Below, one piece after another: positions 28,643-38,022 of a stretch of 64,000 nt of DNA. A program made the translations under genes and the position numbers. Location: NCBI RefSeq assembly GCF_031432215.1, contig NZ_JAVKGN010000001.1:1167421-1231420 (forward strand), read 5' to 3'. The DNA comes from Halodesulfurarchaeum sp. HSR-GB (GTDB lineage Archaea > Halobacteriota > Halobacteria > Halobacteriales > Halobacteriaceae). The notes under the pieces were generated by a model, which saw only the letters and a program-made list of their open reading frames with translations, ran no database searches and had not been told where the DNA came from. Numbering within the stretch: the first letter of the stretch is position 1; every line of letters begins with the position of its first letter.

Positions 28643-28654
28643 TTTAGTGGGCCT

Positions 28655-30490
28655 TCAGGTTCGGTCCGGTCGACTCGACCCCTCTTCGATCTCGCCCGGC
28701 CCGTCGATCGCCTCGGTGAGCGAGACGTTCAGGACGACCATCGAGGCCGCGCCGCCAAGCACCGTCACGGCGTTTTTCACCGCGTGATCGACGATGGCGA
28801 CGCCCAGCGCCGTAGGTGGTGAGACCGCTGTCAGGGCAACAACAAGCACCGTGAACGCCGCCTCGTAGAGGCCGATCCCACCGGGGGAGAGGGGCAGCAC
28901 TTTCGCCAGGTTGCCCACGCTGACCGCGAAGAAGGAGACTGCGACCAACAGCCCGAGTGGCACCTCGACGCCGAAGGCCTGGAAGACCAGGATGGCCGTG
29001 AGAACGTCGATCGCCCAGATTGCAAGACTCGCGAGCCCGACCCGAACAAAGGTGGCCGGTTCGGCTGCGACACGCTGGACGTCGCCCACGAACCCTTCGA
29101 GGGTCGTCGCGACCAGTTCGACGTAGGAGTCCTCCGACGCCCAGTTGACGACCCGCCGGATCCGGTTGCGATCCGATCGCGCGGAGAGGACGATGGCGAT
29201 CACGGCCCCGATTGCGCCGATCCCGACCACCGCTGCGACGGCGATCGCCGTTCGGGCACTCTCCTGTTGCCCCCCGGAGAGGCCGGTCCCCTCTGTCAGG
29301 GCCTGGCTCAGCGCCACGACCCGTTCGGGGGCGAGGGTGACGACGCCGAGGAGCACCCCGCCGGCCAGGACGGTGATCGTCAGCAGGTCGAAGACCCGTT
29401 CGACGGCGAGCGAGGCGAACCCCGAGGTATAGGGCACCTGCCGTCTGGCTTTGACGACGTAGGCCCGGACGGCGTCCCCGGCCCTGGCGGGGAACACCAG
29501 GTTCCCGGTCTGGCTGATGAAGACCGCCCCCGTGAGAAAGCCCACGCGCTCGCGATAGCCGAGCGATCCCAGAATGTCGGCGTATCGCCAGCCACGAATC
29601 GGCCAGGAGAAGACATAGACGAGCGCGGCAACCGCCACCAGGCCCAGGTCGGCCCGGGCCATCTCCCGGAGCACGTCCCGGGGATCCAGATAGAAGAACA
29701 TCAACGCGATGGCCAGTACCGAAAGCAACAGCCCCGCGACCATGCCGGTCCGTCGGTTCGCGTATGGTTTGACCTGGATCTCCCAGGCCGTCCGGAGGAT
29801 CTGGCTGCCCATCCCGAGGACGTCCCGGACCAGATCGACCTTCGAGTCCCCCTTGGGCGTCCAGTCCACCGCGAACTCCTTGACGGCAAATCCTCGCCGC
29901 TGGGCCTTGACGAGCATCTCGGTGTCCCAGAACCAGTGGGAGTCTTTCACCGCCGGGCGCAGGGCCTGAAAGGCAGCCCGGCTGAAGGCCTTGAACCCGG
30001 CCTGGTGATCCTGCAAGTCCGAGCCCAAAAGCGTTCGAACGAGGATGTTGAATCCGCGACTGGAGATCGCCCGCTTGGCCGGCCGGTCGGCCTCCTCACC
30101 GGGCATCCAGCGCGAGCCAGTGGCGAGGTCGTACTCCCCGGAGCGGACACTCTCGACGAGCTCTTCGAGGTGGGACATGTCCGTCGCGAGGTCGGTGTCG
30201 AAGTAGACCAGCGTGTCGCCGGCGGCGCTCTCGAAGGCCCGATTCAGCGCCTCACCCCGGCCCAGTCGCTCGTCGCTGTGGTAGTGACTGATCCGGTCGT
30301 CCGCAGCCGCCAGTCGATCGGCGATCTCCGGGGTTCGATCATCGCAGCCGTCCTCGGCGATGATGACCTCGAACGTGCCGGCCGGGAGGAACGATTCCAG
30401 CGTGTCGAGGGTGACCTCGACGGTCGATTCGATGGTCCCCGCCTCGTTGTATGCGGGGAGCACGACGCTGACCTCCACAGCCGACTCCAT
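28655..30490 (-). CDS. GT2 glycosyltransferase (dolichyl-phosphate sugar synthase-like) fused to a C-terminal flippase-like multi-TM domain (AglD-like)
   Basis: N-terminal VLPAYNEAGTI, DGCDDRT, DTDL/DxD motif. About 8 C-terminal TM helices of the lysyl-PG-synthase/UPF0104 type. Architecture and size match AglD-type enzymes. Confidence 0.75.
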   Translation of the reverse strand: MESAVEVSVVLPAYNEAGTIESTVEVTLDTLESFLPAGTFEVIIAEDGCDDRTPEIADRLAAADDRISHYHSDERLGRGEALNRAFESAAGDTLVYFDTDLATDMSHLEELVESVRSGEYDLATGSRWMPGEEADRPAKRAISSRGFNILVRTLLGSDLQDHQAGFKAFSRAAFQALRPAVKDSHWFWDTEMLVKAQRRGFAVKEFAVDWTPKGDSKVDLVRDVLGMGSQILRTAWEIQVKPYANRRTGMVAGLLLSVLAIALMFFYLDPRDVLREMARADLGLVAVAALVYVFSWPIRGWRYADILGSLGYRERVGFLTGAVFISQTGNLVFPARAGDAVRAYVVKARRQVPYTSGFASLAVERVFDLLTITVLAGGVLLGVVTLAPERVVALSQALTEGTGLSGGQQESARTAIAVAAVVGIGAIGAVIAIVLSARSDRNRIRRVVNWASEDSYVELVATTLEGFVGDVQRVAAEPATFVRVGLASLAIWAIDVLTAILVFQAFGVEVPLGLLVAVSFFAVSVGNLAKVLPLSPGGIGLYEAAFTVLVVALTAVSPPTALGVAIVDHAVKNAVTVLGGAASMVVLNVSLTEAIDGPGEIEEGSSRPDRT

Positions 30491-30595
30491 GATTCGCTGT
30501 CGGGGGTGCCCACCCAAGAACTTTCTGAACTGTGTCACCCTCGATTAACCGATCGTACCAAACCCGCTTTTGACCTGGCGCTTCTCCATATTGCC

Positions 30596-30844
30596 ATGGG
30601 GGCCAGCGCCGTCGAACTGAGCACGGAGGGACTGACGCCGAAACAGCGGACGATTCTCCAGTATCTGCGCGACCGGGTGGACCAGGAGACCTACTTCAAG
30701 TCCCGGCTCATCGGCGAGGAACTGGGTTTCTCGGCCAAAGAAGTCGGTTCGAACATGCGTGCGGTCGCGGACGCCGAACACGAACTCGACATCGAACAGT
30801 GGGGCTATTCCTCCTCGACGACCTGGCAAGTAACCACCGCCTGA
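30596..30844 (+). CDS. Small HTH-type hypothetical protein
   Basis: 82-aa ORF (MGASAVELSTEGLTPKQRTILQYL...) inside a longer spurious track ORF. High GC3. Confidence 0.45.
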   Translation: MGASAVELSTEGLTPKQRTILQYLRDRVDQETYFKSRLIGEELGFSAKEVGSNMRAVADAEHELDIEQWGYSSSTTWQVTTA

Positions 30845-30847
30845 GAT

Positions 30848-31444
30848 TCAGGGTTCGTACCTGAGCAGGTCGGCCGCGTCCGCGGCGAAGTTGACCGTCT
30901 CCGCGTCGAAGCTCTCGGCGTATCGAACGAGCAGCGTGATGACCGTCTCCGGCCGATTCACCTGATACCCCTCACTCCGGTCGAGGACACCGTGTTCTGC
31001 CATTTCCGTGGCGTAGTTGCTCACCGTCGCCGGTGAGACACCGATCGCCGCTGAAAGCGAGGACCCGGTGTGGGTGGGCTCCTGCAACAGCGAGCAAAGC
31101 ATGGCTCGGGGGGTCTCCCGTCTGAGGTAGCCCAGCGTGACCTGCTCGAAGGTATCGAACCGGCCGGCTGGATAAAAGCGCTTGTAGTCCCCATCCCGGT
31201 AGCGTTCGAGTGTGCCCTGGTCGGTGAGCCGCCGGAGGTGATACTGAGTCTCCCCCGTCGCGATCCCCAGGTCGTCACGGATCTTCGAGAAGTGCGCGCC
31301 GGGGGTCCGCTCGACGTAGCCCGCGATGGCTTCCCGTGTCTCGCTGTCCCCCTCGTCCTGACTCGCCAGCCCGAGCAACGGGCTCCCGGCTCCGACGGCA
31401 GCGAACTTCCGCAACGTTGTGCGCTTCTCCTCGTCGATTCCCAT
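30848..31444 (-). CDS. Helix-turn-helix transcriptional regulator (two wHTH-like modules)
   Basis: HFSKIRDDLGIATGETQYHLRRLTDQG and LSAAIGVSPATVSNYATEMAEHG. Downstream of the stomatin-NfeD pair. Confidence 0.55.
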   Translation of the reverse strand: MGIDEEKRTTLRKFAAVGAGSPLLGLASQDEGDSETREAIAGYVERTPGAHFSKIRDDLGIATGETQYHLRRLTDQGTLERYRDGDYKRFYPAGRFDTFEQVTLGYLRRETPRAMLCSLLQEPTHTGSSLSAAIGVSPATVSNYATEMAEHGVLDRSEGYQVNRPETVITLLVRYAESFDAETVNFAADAADLLRYEP

Positions 31445-32557
31445 TTACTTCTCCGTTGGTTCCTCAGTGTCTTCGAGTTCGGCGTCCATCTCCTCGATGA
31501 CCTCCTCGGCGGACTTGATCGAGCCCGTTCCCTCGGTGAGGTCGGACTCGTTGACGTCCATCGGCGCGCCGATCTCGTCCAGGATCGATTCGATGTCGTC
31601 CAGCCCCAGCAACTCCCGGGTCTCCGCGTCGAACTCCAGACTCTCCAGGCCCTCGGTCGGTTCGGCGACGTCGCTGTCGGTGAGCTGTTTGCCGTACCGA
31701 CCCACCAGCGAGGTCAGTTCCTGTGGGAGCACGAAGGTCGTACTCTCCGCGGCACCGATGACCTCCAGGGCTTCCAGGCCGCGTTCGATCACGGCCCGCT
31801 CGCCCATCGATTCGGCGGACCGAGCCCGCAGCACGGTCGAGACTGCATCCCCCTGGGCTTCGAGGATCTGGGACTGCTTTTCACCCTGTGCGCGGATGAT
31901 GTTCGAGCGTTTCTCCCCCTCGGCACGCTCGATCGCGGACTGTCGTTCACCCTGGGCCTCCAGGATCATGGCCCGGCGCTTGCGCTCGGCGGAGGTCTGT
32001 TGCTCCATCGCCTGCTGGACGTCCTTGGAGGGGTTGACCTCCCGAACTTCCACGGACTCGACTCTGATCCCCCACTCGTCGGTGGGTTCGTCCAGCTCTT
32101 TCCGGATGCGGGCGTTGATCTCCTGGCGCTTGTTGAGCGTATCGTCAAGTTCCATGTCCCCGATCACGGCCCGCAGCGTGGTCTGGGCCAGGTTGGAGAC
32201 CGCTCGCTTGTAATCATCGACCTCCAGGAAGGCCCGCTTTGCGTTCATGACCCGGATGTACACCACGGCGTCGGCGGTGACCGGGGAGTTGTCCCGGGTG
32301 ATCGCCTCCTGCCGTGGCACGTCGATCGTCTGGGTCCGCATGTCGAAGATGTACGTGCGGGAGACGAACGGCGGGATGAAGTTGATCCCCGGTTCGAGCA
32401 GGCCCCGGAACTCGCCGAAGACCGTCAACGCCTCTTTCTCGTAGGCGTCGACGATCTCGATGGCCTGGTAGACCGCCACCACCAGGACCACGAGCAGGAG
32501 CAACCCGACGACCGAGAGCGGCGACGGGCCGGTCAGTGACTGAAGGGGGAGCACCAT
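31445..32557 (-). CDS. SPFH/Band-7 (stomatin-like) protein
   Basis: N-terminal TM helix, SPFH domain motifs (TRDNSPVTADAVVYIRV), repeated (I/L)(L/I)xAQGE(R/K) motifs, coiled-coil acidic tail. Confidence 0.85.
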   Translation of the reverse strand: MVLPLQSLTGPSPLSVVGLLLLVVLVVAVYQAIEIVDAYEKEALTVFGEFRGLLEPGINFIPPFVSRTYIFDMRTQTIDVPRQEAITRDNSPVTADAVVYIRVMNAKRAFLEVDDYKRAVSNLAQTTLRAVIGDMELDDTLNKRQEINARIRKELDEPTDEWGIRVESVEVREVNPSKDVQQAMEQQTSAERKRRAMILEAQGERQSAIERAEGEKRSNIIRAQGEKQSQILEAQGDAVSTVLRARSAESMGERAVIERGLEALEVIGAAESTTFVLPQELTSLVGRYGKQLTDSDVAEPTEGLESLEFDAETRELLGLDDIESILDEIGAPMDVNESDLTEGTGSIKSAEEVIEEMDAELEDTEEPTEK

Positions 32558-32622
32558 ACTGCTCCTTATGTCCGACGGTTGATAAAGTTGCGCCAGCCGG
32601 TCAGTCGTGCCACTGATTCACA

Positions 32623-33174
32623 CTACCTGGCCGATTCGTCTTCGGTCTCGGCTTCGACATCCGCCTCGCGGGCGCGACCGCGTTCGAGTTCGCGGTCGAT
32701 GTCGTCCACTTCCGAGAGGGCTTCCACCTCGACGACGTTGCCGCCGCCGGGATCCACGACGATGATCTCGGCACCTACGTCGATCTCGCCCTCGACACTC
32801 CGGGCGGCGTAGGTTGGATCGAAACCGCCCTCGGAGAGTTTCACACGGCCGGTGCGGGGCGTGACACGCTCGGTCACGTAACCGCGTCGTCCCATGAGCT
32901 CCGCCGACCCCTCGGTTTTCCCCCGGTCGGTCCCCTTGTAGAACTCGAAGTGACGGTAGACATAATAGGAGCCGGCCCCGGCGAGAAGCACCGTGAGCCC
33001 GAGCACTAGCGGGTTCGCTGCGCCCGGGACCAGGATTCCCAGAAGCCCGGCTGCGAGGAGCGCGACCCCCAGGACGATGAAGTGTGCACCCGGTGCGAAT
33101 CCTTCCAGCACGACGAGCACGAGCCCGGCGAGCAGGAGGACCGTCGACAGCGAGGTCCCGAGTACTGAGGCCAT
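32623..33174 (-). CDS. NfeD-family membrane protein (stomatin operon partner)
   Basis: Several N-terminal TM helices plus a C-terminal OB-fold-like soluble domain. Immediately upstream of the SPFH gene. Confidence 0.8.
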   Translation of the reverse strand: MASVLGTSLSTVLLLAGLVLVVLEGFAPGAHFIVLGVALLAAGLLGILVPGAANPLVLGLTVLLAGAGSYYVYRHFEFYKGTDRGKTEGSAELMGRRGYVTERVTPRTGRVKLSEGGFDPTYAARSVEGEIDVGAEIIVVDPGGGNVVEVEALSEVDDIDRELERGRAREADVEAETEDESAR

Positions 33175-33240
33175 GTCACACGTTTGGACCCGGGTGGGGA
33201 AAACCGTTGCCCGGACAGCGCCCCTTGCCGGAATCGGCGC

Positions 33241-33393
33241 TTAGAGACTCACAACGAGGATCGCGATGGCGAGACCGGCGCCGAGCAGGAACGGAAGTAC
33301 GTGTTCCAGACGCGGATTTCCGGGTTCGATTTCGGGGACCTCGAGCTCGGCCTCGGGCCCGACCTCGTCTAACTCGAACTTCCAGTCGCTCAT
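33241..33393 (-). CDS. 50-aa membrane microprotein, translationally coupled to pyruvate kinase
   Basis: Not in the ORF track. Reads MSDWKFELDEVGPEAELEVPEIEPGNPRLEHVLPFLLGAGLAIAILVVSL (acidic N-terminus plus one TM helix). ATGA overlap with the pyk stop. High GC3. Confidence 0.4.
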   Translation of the reverse strand: MSDWKFELDEVGPEAELEVPEIEPGNPRLEHVLPFLLGAGLAIAILVVSL

Positions 33394-35159
33394 AACGGCC
33401 CCCGTTTGCGCCCCGCCGCGGGTTTGTTCACCTCGCCGTCGTAGACCACGCCGCGTTCGCCGTCGATGGTCACCCGCTGCCCGGGTTCGAGATCCTCGAT
33501 GTCGGCCCCGGTGATCATCGGGATTTCGAGTTCGCGAGCCACCATGGCCGCATAGCCAGTCATCCCCGAGCGGGCGCTCACGATCCCGCCGAGTTTCTCC
33601 AGCCCGTCGCTGAACTCGCCTTCGAAGTCCCGGTGGATGACGCCGATGCTCCCGGACTCGATCGTTTCGGGGGCCACGTGCTCCAGGTCGACGACCGGCC
33701 CGGTGGCCCGCCCGTCGACCACCGACCGACCGACGGCGAGGGTTTCGGCGGCCACGTGGACCTTGAGGGTGTTCGTCGTGTCTTCCCCCTCCAGTTCGGT
33801 CATCATGCCGGTCAGGACGACGACGGTATCCCCGGGGTCGACGATCCCGGAGTCAAGCCCGGCTTTCACCGAGTCCTCGATGACCGTGGTCGCCGTCCCG
33901 ACCTGGACGTTCGCGTGCTGTGCGTTCACGCCCCATACGAGTCCCAGCTGTCGGTGGACCTGGTCGTTCGGCGTGGTCGCCACGACTGGGACGCTGGGGC
34001 GGAACTTGGTGACCCGTCGGGCCGTGTACCCGGACTCGCTCGCGACGACGATCGCACTCGCGTTCACGTCCCGGGCCAGATACCGTGCCGAGCGCGCGAG
34101 GGCGTCCGTGCGGCTCTCGCCGGTCGCCTCCGGAACCCGCTGTTCGATGATTTCGTCGTACTCCACACTCTCCTCGATCTCGCGGATGATCCGGTCCATC
34201 GTCTCGACGACCCGGGTCGGGTGGGCCCCGACCGCGGTCTCCGCGGAGAGCATGACGGCGTCGGTCCCGTCGAGGACCGCGTTCGCCACGTCCGAGGCCT
34301 CCGCACGGGTCGGGCGGGCCTGTTCGACCATCGAGTCGAGCATCTCGGTCGCGGTGATGACCGGCACGCCTGCAGCCTGGCTCTTGTGGATGATCCGCTT
34401 CTGGATGAGCGGGACGTCTTCCATCGGAAGTTCGACGCCCAGGTCCCCCCGGGCGACCATGATGCCCTGGGCGGTCTGGATGATCTCGTCCAGGTGGTCG
34501 ACGGCGTCGGCCCGTTCGATCTTCGCCACGACCGGGATCTCCGCGCCTAACTCCTCGATGGCGGCCTCGACGTCGAGTACGTCCGCCGCGTCCCGGACGA
34601 AACTCGCGGCGACGAAGTCCGCCCCCGCTTCGACGGCCAGTTCGAGGTCCGCGCGGTCCTTCGCCGTGACTACGTCCACGTCCAGGTCCACGCCCGGGAT
34701 GTTTACGCCCTTGTGGCTCCGCAATTTTCCGCCGCTCTCGACAGTCGCGTGGACCGCATTCCCGTCGACGGATTCGACGACGGTCTCGATTCGGCCGTCG
34801 TCGAGCAGTACGCGATCGCCAGGAGAGACACGTGAGATGTCCGTGGAGAGGCCGATCTCCTGCTCGGTCACGGTTGCAGACTCGCGGAAGGTGACCGTCG
34901 AGCCACTCTCCAGGGTGACTGGCGCTGCCGTCTCGCCGGTGCGGATCTCCGGGCCCTGGAGGTCGACCATGACCGCGACCGGTTTGTCGAGTTCGGCGTC
35001 GACCCGCTGGGCCCGCTCGATGAGCGCGGCCCGGTCCTCGCGGGTCCCGTGACTGGAGTTGATCCGCGCGACGGTCATCCCCGCCTCAGCCAAATCGCTG
35101 ATCGCGGCCCGGTCGTCGCTGGCCGGGCCGAGCGTACAGACGATCTTCGCGTTTCGCAT
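33390..35159 (-). CDS. pyk: Pyruvate kinase with C-terminal PEP-utilising-enzyme mobile domain
   Basis: MRNAKIVCTLGPAS, MVARGDLGVE, C-terminal GGxxSHAAIVARE-like mobile domain (SGMTGYAAMVAREL). Confidence 0.9.
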   Translation of the reverse strand: MRNAKIVCTLGPASDDRAAISDLAEAGMTVARINSSHGTREDRAALIERAQRVDAELDKPVAVMVDLQGPEIRTGETAAPVTLESGSTVTFRESATVTEQEIGLSTDISRVSPGDRVLLDDGRIETVVESVDGNAVHATVESGGKLRSHKGVNIPGVDLDVDVVTAKDRADLELAVEAGADFVAASFVRDAADVLDVEAAIEELGAEIPVVAKIERADAVDHLDEIIQTAQGIMVARGDLGVELPMEDVPLIQKRIIHKSQAAGVPVITATEMLDSMVEQARPTRAEASDVANAVLDGTDAVMLSAETAVGAHPTRVVETMDRIIREIEESVEYDEIIEQRVPEATGESRTDALARSARYLARDVNASAIVVASESGYTARRVTKFRPSVPVVATTPNDQVHRQLGLVWGVNAQHANVQVGTATTVIEDSVKAGLDSGIVDPGDTVVVLTGMMTELEGEDTTNTLKVHVAAETLAVGRSVVDGRATGPVVDLEHVAPETIESGSIGVIHRDFEGEFSDGLEKLGGIVSARSGMTGYAAMVARELEIPMITGADIEDLEPGQRVTIDGERGVVYDGEVNKPAAGRKRGPL

Positions 35160-35162
35160 TAC

Positions 35163-35179
35163 GGGGGGTTGGACCCCCC
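35163..35179. other. Short G6-loop-C6 hairpin in the metG/pyk intergenic spacer
   Basis: gggggg ttgga cccccc read directly from the sequence. Confidence 0.3.
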
Positions 35180-35203
35180 ACCGAATAAAGGTGGCAGGCT
35201 CGG

Positions 35204-37267
35204 TTACTGAATCTTCGTGCCGGGACCGGCCTCGCCCTGGGTGGTCAGCAGGTCGGCTTCGTCGCCGGCCGCCAGGAGCATGCCGTTGGATTCCACGCCG
35301 AAGAGCTCGGCTTTCTCCAGGTTCACCAGGACGATGATTTTGGTGCCCGGGAGCTCCTCGATGTCGTGGAGCTTTCGGATTCCCGCGACCAGCTGCCGGG
35401 TCTCCGCGCCGATGTCGACCTGCAGGCGGACGAGTTTGTCAGCCCCCTCGATCGGCTCGGCGGACTCGATACGGCCGACCCGGATGTCCAGGTCCTGGAA
35501 GTCTTCGAAGGCGATGCGATCTTCGTTCAGGGGTTCGATGTCGGTCATTGTCGTGTCGGTCTCGGAGTCGGTGTCTTCGTCCTCGATGCGTTCCTGCAGG
35601 GCCGCCTGGCGAGCTTCGACCTGCTCGTCGTCGATCTTCTCGAAGGGCTCCCGTGGCTCGCCGAAGGTGGCCGGGGGCGCGTCCAGGCAGTCTTCGATCG
35701 TCGCCTCGGCTGCAGTCCCGTCCTCGTTCAGGTCGGTCCAGATCTGCTCGGCGGTCTGGGGCGTGAAGGGCTGGATCGTGATCGCGATGGCCTTCACGAG
35801 CTGGACGGTGTCACGGATGACCTGGGCGGCCTGCTCGGGATCCTCGTCGACGAGCTTCCAGGGCTCGTTGTGCTGGATGTACTCGTTCCCGAAGCGAGCC
35901 AGTTCGAGGGGGACGGTCCCGGCCTCCCGGACCGAATACTCGTTGAGCGCCGCCGTGAACTCCGCCATCGCCGACTCGATCTCGGCTTCGACGTCGGCGG
36001 AGACCGCGGCGTCGGGCGTGCCCTCGTAGTTCCGGTTCGCGAAGAGCAGCGCCCGGTAGACGAAGTTCCCCACGTCGTCGGCGAGTTCGGCGTTGACCCG
36101 GTCCTGGAAGGTCTCCCAGGAGAAGTCGATGTCCCGCTCGAACGGACCCGCCGTCGCGATGTAAAACCTGAGGAGGTCCGTGTCGAACGGCGAGTCCAGG
36201 TACTCCTCGGCCCAGACTGCTCGATCGCGACTCGTCGAGAAGCTCGCACCGTCGAGGTTGACAAACCCGCTTGCCATGACCGCTCGCGGTTCGTTGAACC
36301 CGGCCCCGGCGAGCATCGCGGGCCAGAAGACGGTGTGATGCTGGATGATGTCCCGGCCGATGACGTGGACGATCTCGCTTTCACCCTCGCGCCAGACTTC
36401 CTCCCAGTCGTAGGTGTCCGCGCCCACGCGATCGCTGTACTGTTTGGTCGAGGCGATGTACTCGATGGGTGCATCGACCCACACGTAGAGGACCAGATCG
36501 GTCTCGTCCTCCGGGTAGTCGATGCCCCAGTCCAGGTCCCGGGTGATACACCAGTCCTGGAGTTCGCCCTCGATCCACTCCCGGGGCTGGTTGCGGGCGT
36601 TTTTGGTCCCCTCCAGCCGGTCGATGAACTCCGAGAGGTAGTCCTGGAACGCCGAGACGCGGAAGAACTTGTGCTCGCGGGTGCGATACTCCGCGGGGTT
36701 CCCGGTCAGGATGCTCGTCGGATTTTCGATCTCGCCCGGTTCGAGGTGGCGGCCACAGCCCTCGTCACACTCGTCCCCGCGGGCGGTCGCGCCACAGTAG
36801 GGACAGGTCCCCTCGACGTAGCGATCGGGGAGCGGCTGGTCCTCGATCGGGTCCCAGGCGACCTCGATCTCCTTCTCGTAGACATGCCCCTCCTCGTCGA
36901 GGGTTCGGACGATCTCCTGGGTCAACTCGACGTTTTCGGACTGGTGGGTGTGCCCGTAGTTGTCGAAATCGACGTCGAACTGCGGGAAGGTCTCCTCGTA
37001 GGTCTCGTGCCAGTCCAGGGCGAAGTCTTCGGGTGAGACCCCCGACTCGGCCGCGTTGACCGCGATCGGCGTCCCGTGCATGTCCGACCCCGAGACGAAG
37101 GCGGTCTCCTGACCGATGGTTCGCAGCGATCGTGTCAACACGTCGCCGCTCACGTAGGTCCGCAGGTGACCGATGTGGAGGTCCCCGTTCGCGTAGGGCA
37201 GTCCACAGGTCACCACCGCCGGGTTCTCGGTGGGAAAGGACTCGTGGCTCATGGGTATGGATGCCAC
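35204..37267 (-). CDS. metG: Methionyl-tRNA synthetase
   Basis: HIGH (LHIGHLRTY), zinc knuckles CPYCG...CDEGCG, KMSKS-like region, C-terminal EMAPII/tRNA-binding domain. Confidence 0.95.
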   Translation of the reverse strand: MASIPMSHESFPTENPAVVTCGLPYANGDLHIGHLRTYVSGDVLTRSLRTIGQETAFVSGSDMHGTPIAVNAAESGVSPEDFALDWHETYEETFPQFDVDFDNYGHTHQSENVELTQEIVRTLDEEGHVYEKEIEVAWDPIEDQPLPDRYVEGTCPYCGATARGDECDEGCGRHLEPGEIENPTSILTGNPAEYRTREHKFFRVSAFQDYLSEFIDRLEGTKNARNQPREWIEGELQDWCITRDLDWGIDYPEDETDLVLYVWVDAPIEYIASTKQYSDRVGADTYDWEEVWREGESEIVHVIGRDIIQHHTVFWPAMLAGAGFNEPRAVMASGFVNLDGASFSTSRDRAVWAEEYLDSPFDTDLLRFYIATAGPFERDIDFSWETFQDRVNAELADDVGNFVYRALLFANRNYEGTPDAAVSADVEAEIESAMAEFTAALNEYSVREAGTVPLELARFGNEYIQHNEPWKLVDEDPEQAAQVIRDTVQLVKAIAITIQPFTPQTAEQIWTDLNEDGTAAEATIEDCLDAPPATFGEPREPFEKIDDEQVEARQAALQERIEDEDTDSETDTTMTDIEPLNEDRIAFEDFQDLDIRVGRIESAEPIEGADKLVRLQVDIGAETRQLVAGIRKLHDIEELPGTKIIVLVNLEKAELFGVESNGMLLAAGDEADLLTTQGEAGPGTKIQ

Positions 37268-37303
37268 CCCAACCGATTAAAGTCCCGTGATTGGCGGGCG
37301 TCC

Positions 37304-37984
37304 TCAGTCCAGAATTTCGACGCCGCCGAAGAGTGTCACACCGGTCACCACGAGGTCCGGGGTCTCGTTGACCGTCTCCCGCCGCCGTGAGTCCTCCGTG
37401 CCCCCGAAGATGGCGAGCACGTCGACGGTCACGTTCCACTCCGGCGGGACCCGAAACTCCGTGCCACCGAAGAGGGTGACCGTCTCGATCACGGCCGGTG
37501 GGTGGGAGACCTCGGCGTCCCGGAGATCGATCTCCGAGCCACCGAAGATCGAGATGACGTCGCCGCCGGTGAAGTCCGTGGCGGTCACCCGCTTGTCGGC
37601 CCCGCCGAAGACGGCGATCGCATCCAGTTCTCCGCTCGTTCCCTCGACACGACTCCGTCGGCGACTGCGGCCCACGAGTAACAGGAGCCCGAACAGGACC
37701 ACGAAAAGCGGCCACCACGCCTCGATCTGGGCGTCCGAGACGACTCCCAGGTTTCGAAGTTGAACGGTTCCGGCGACGGCGATGACCATTACTGGCCCGG
37801 TGAGGTTTCGGCCCCGGGACCGGACCAGCGCCCAGACTCCGAGGAGGACGAAAACCGCAGGGACCCAGTTCCAGAGTGATTCAGTCGCGAAGGCCCCGGT
37901 CGTGCCGGCGAGCAGGAGGGCCCCCAGGAGCAAGACGAGAAAGGCAGTCGTCGTTCGACCGGTTCGTCGAAAGTCCATATCCAC
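37304..37984 (-). CDS. Membrane protein with LiaF-like C-terminal beta-repeat domain (DUF2154-like)
   Basis: Four N-terminal TM helices, then five repeats of the type (I/L)FGG(S/T/A)(E/D), e.g. IAVFGGADK, ISIFGGSEI, VTLFGGTEF, LAIFGGTED, VTLFGGVEI. Confidence 0.65.
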   Translation of the reverse strand: MDMDFRRTGRTTTAFLVLLLGALLLAGTTGAFATESLWNWVPAVFVLLGVWALVRSRGRNLTGPVMVIAVAGTVQLRNLGVVSDAQIEAWWPLFVVLFGLLLLVGRSRRRSRVEGTSGELDAIAVFGGADKRVTATDFTGGDVISIFGGSEIDLRDAEVSHPPAVIETVTLFGGTEFRVPPEWNVTVDVLAIFGGTEDSRRRETVNETPDLVVTGVTLFGGVEILD

Positions 37985-38000
37985 CGGTAGGTCTTGTCAG

Positions 38001-38013
38001 TATATAATAATTT
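38001..38013 (-). promoter_or_regulatory. Putative TATA box for the LiaF-like gene, with a leaderless-type arrangement
   Basis: AT-rich tatataataattt in otherwise 67% GC DNA, centred about 25 nt upstream of the ATG at 37984. Confidence 0.45.
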
Positions 38014-38022
38014 GTGGCTCAA

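Noticed and set aside
29267-30844. 525-aa plus-strand ORF opposite the AglD-like gene
   Set aside because: Shadow frame. Only its last 82 codons (30596-30844) look like a real small HTH gene.
33175-33240. Possible regulatory inverted repeat (cccgggtgggg...gttgcccgg) upstream of nfeD
   Set aside because: Imperfect and short. Such GC palindromes occur by chance at this GC content.
35366-37036. 556-aa plus-strand ORF opposite metG
   Set aside because: Antisense to MetRS. G/D/V/L-rich junk translation.
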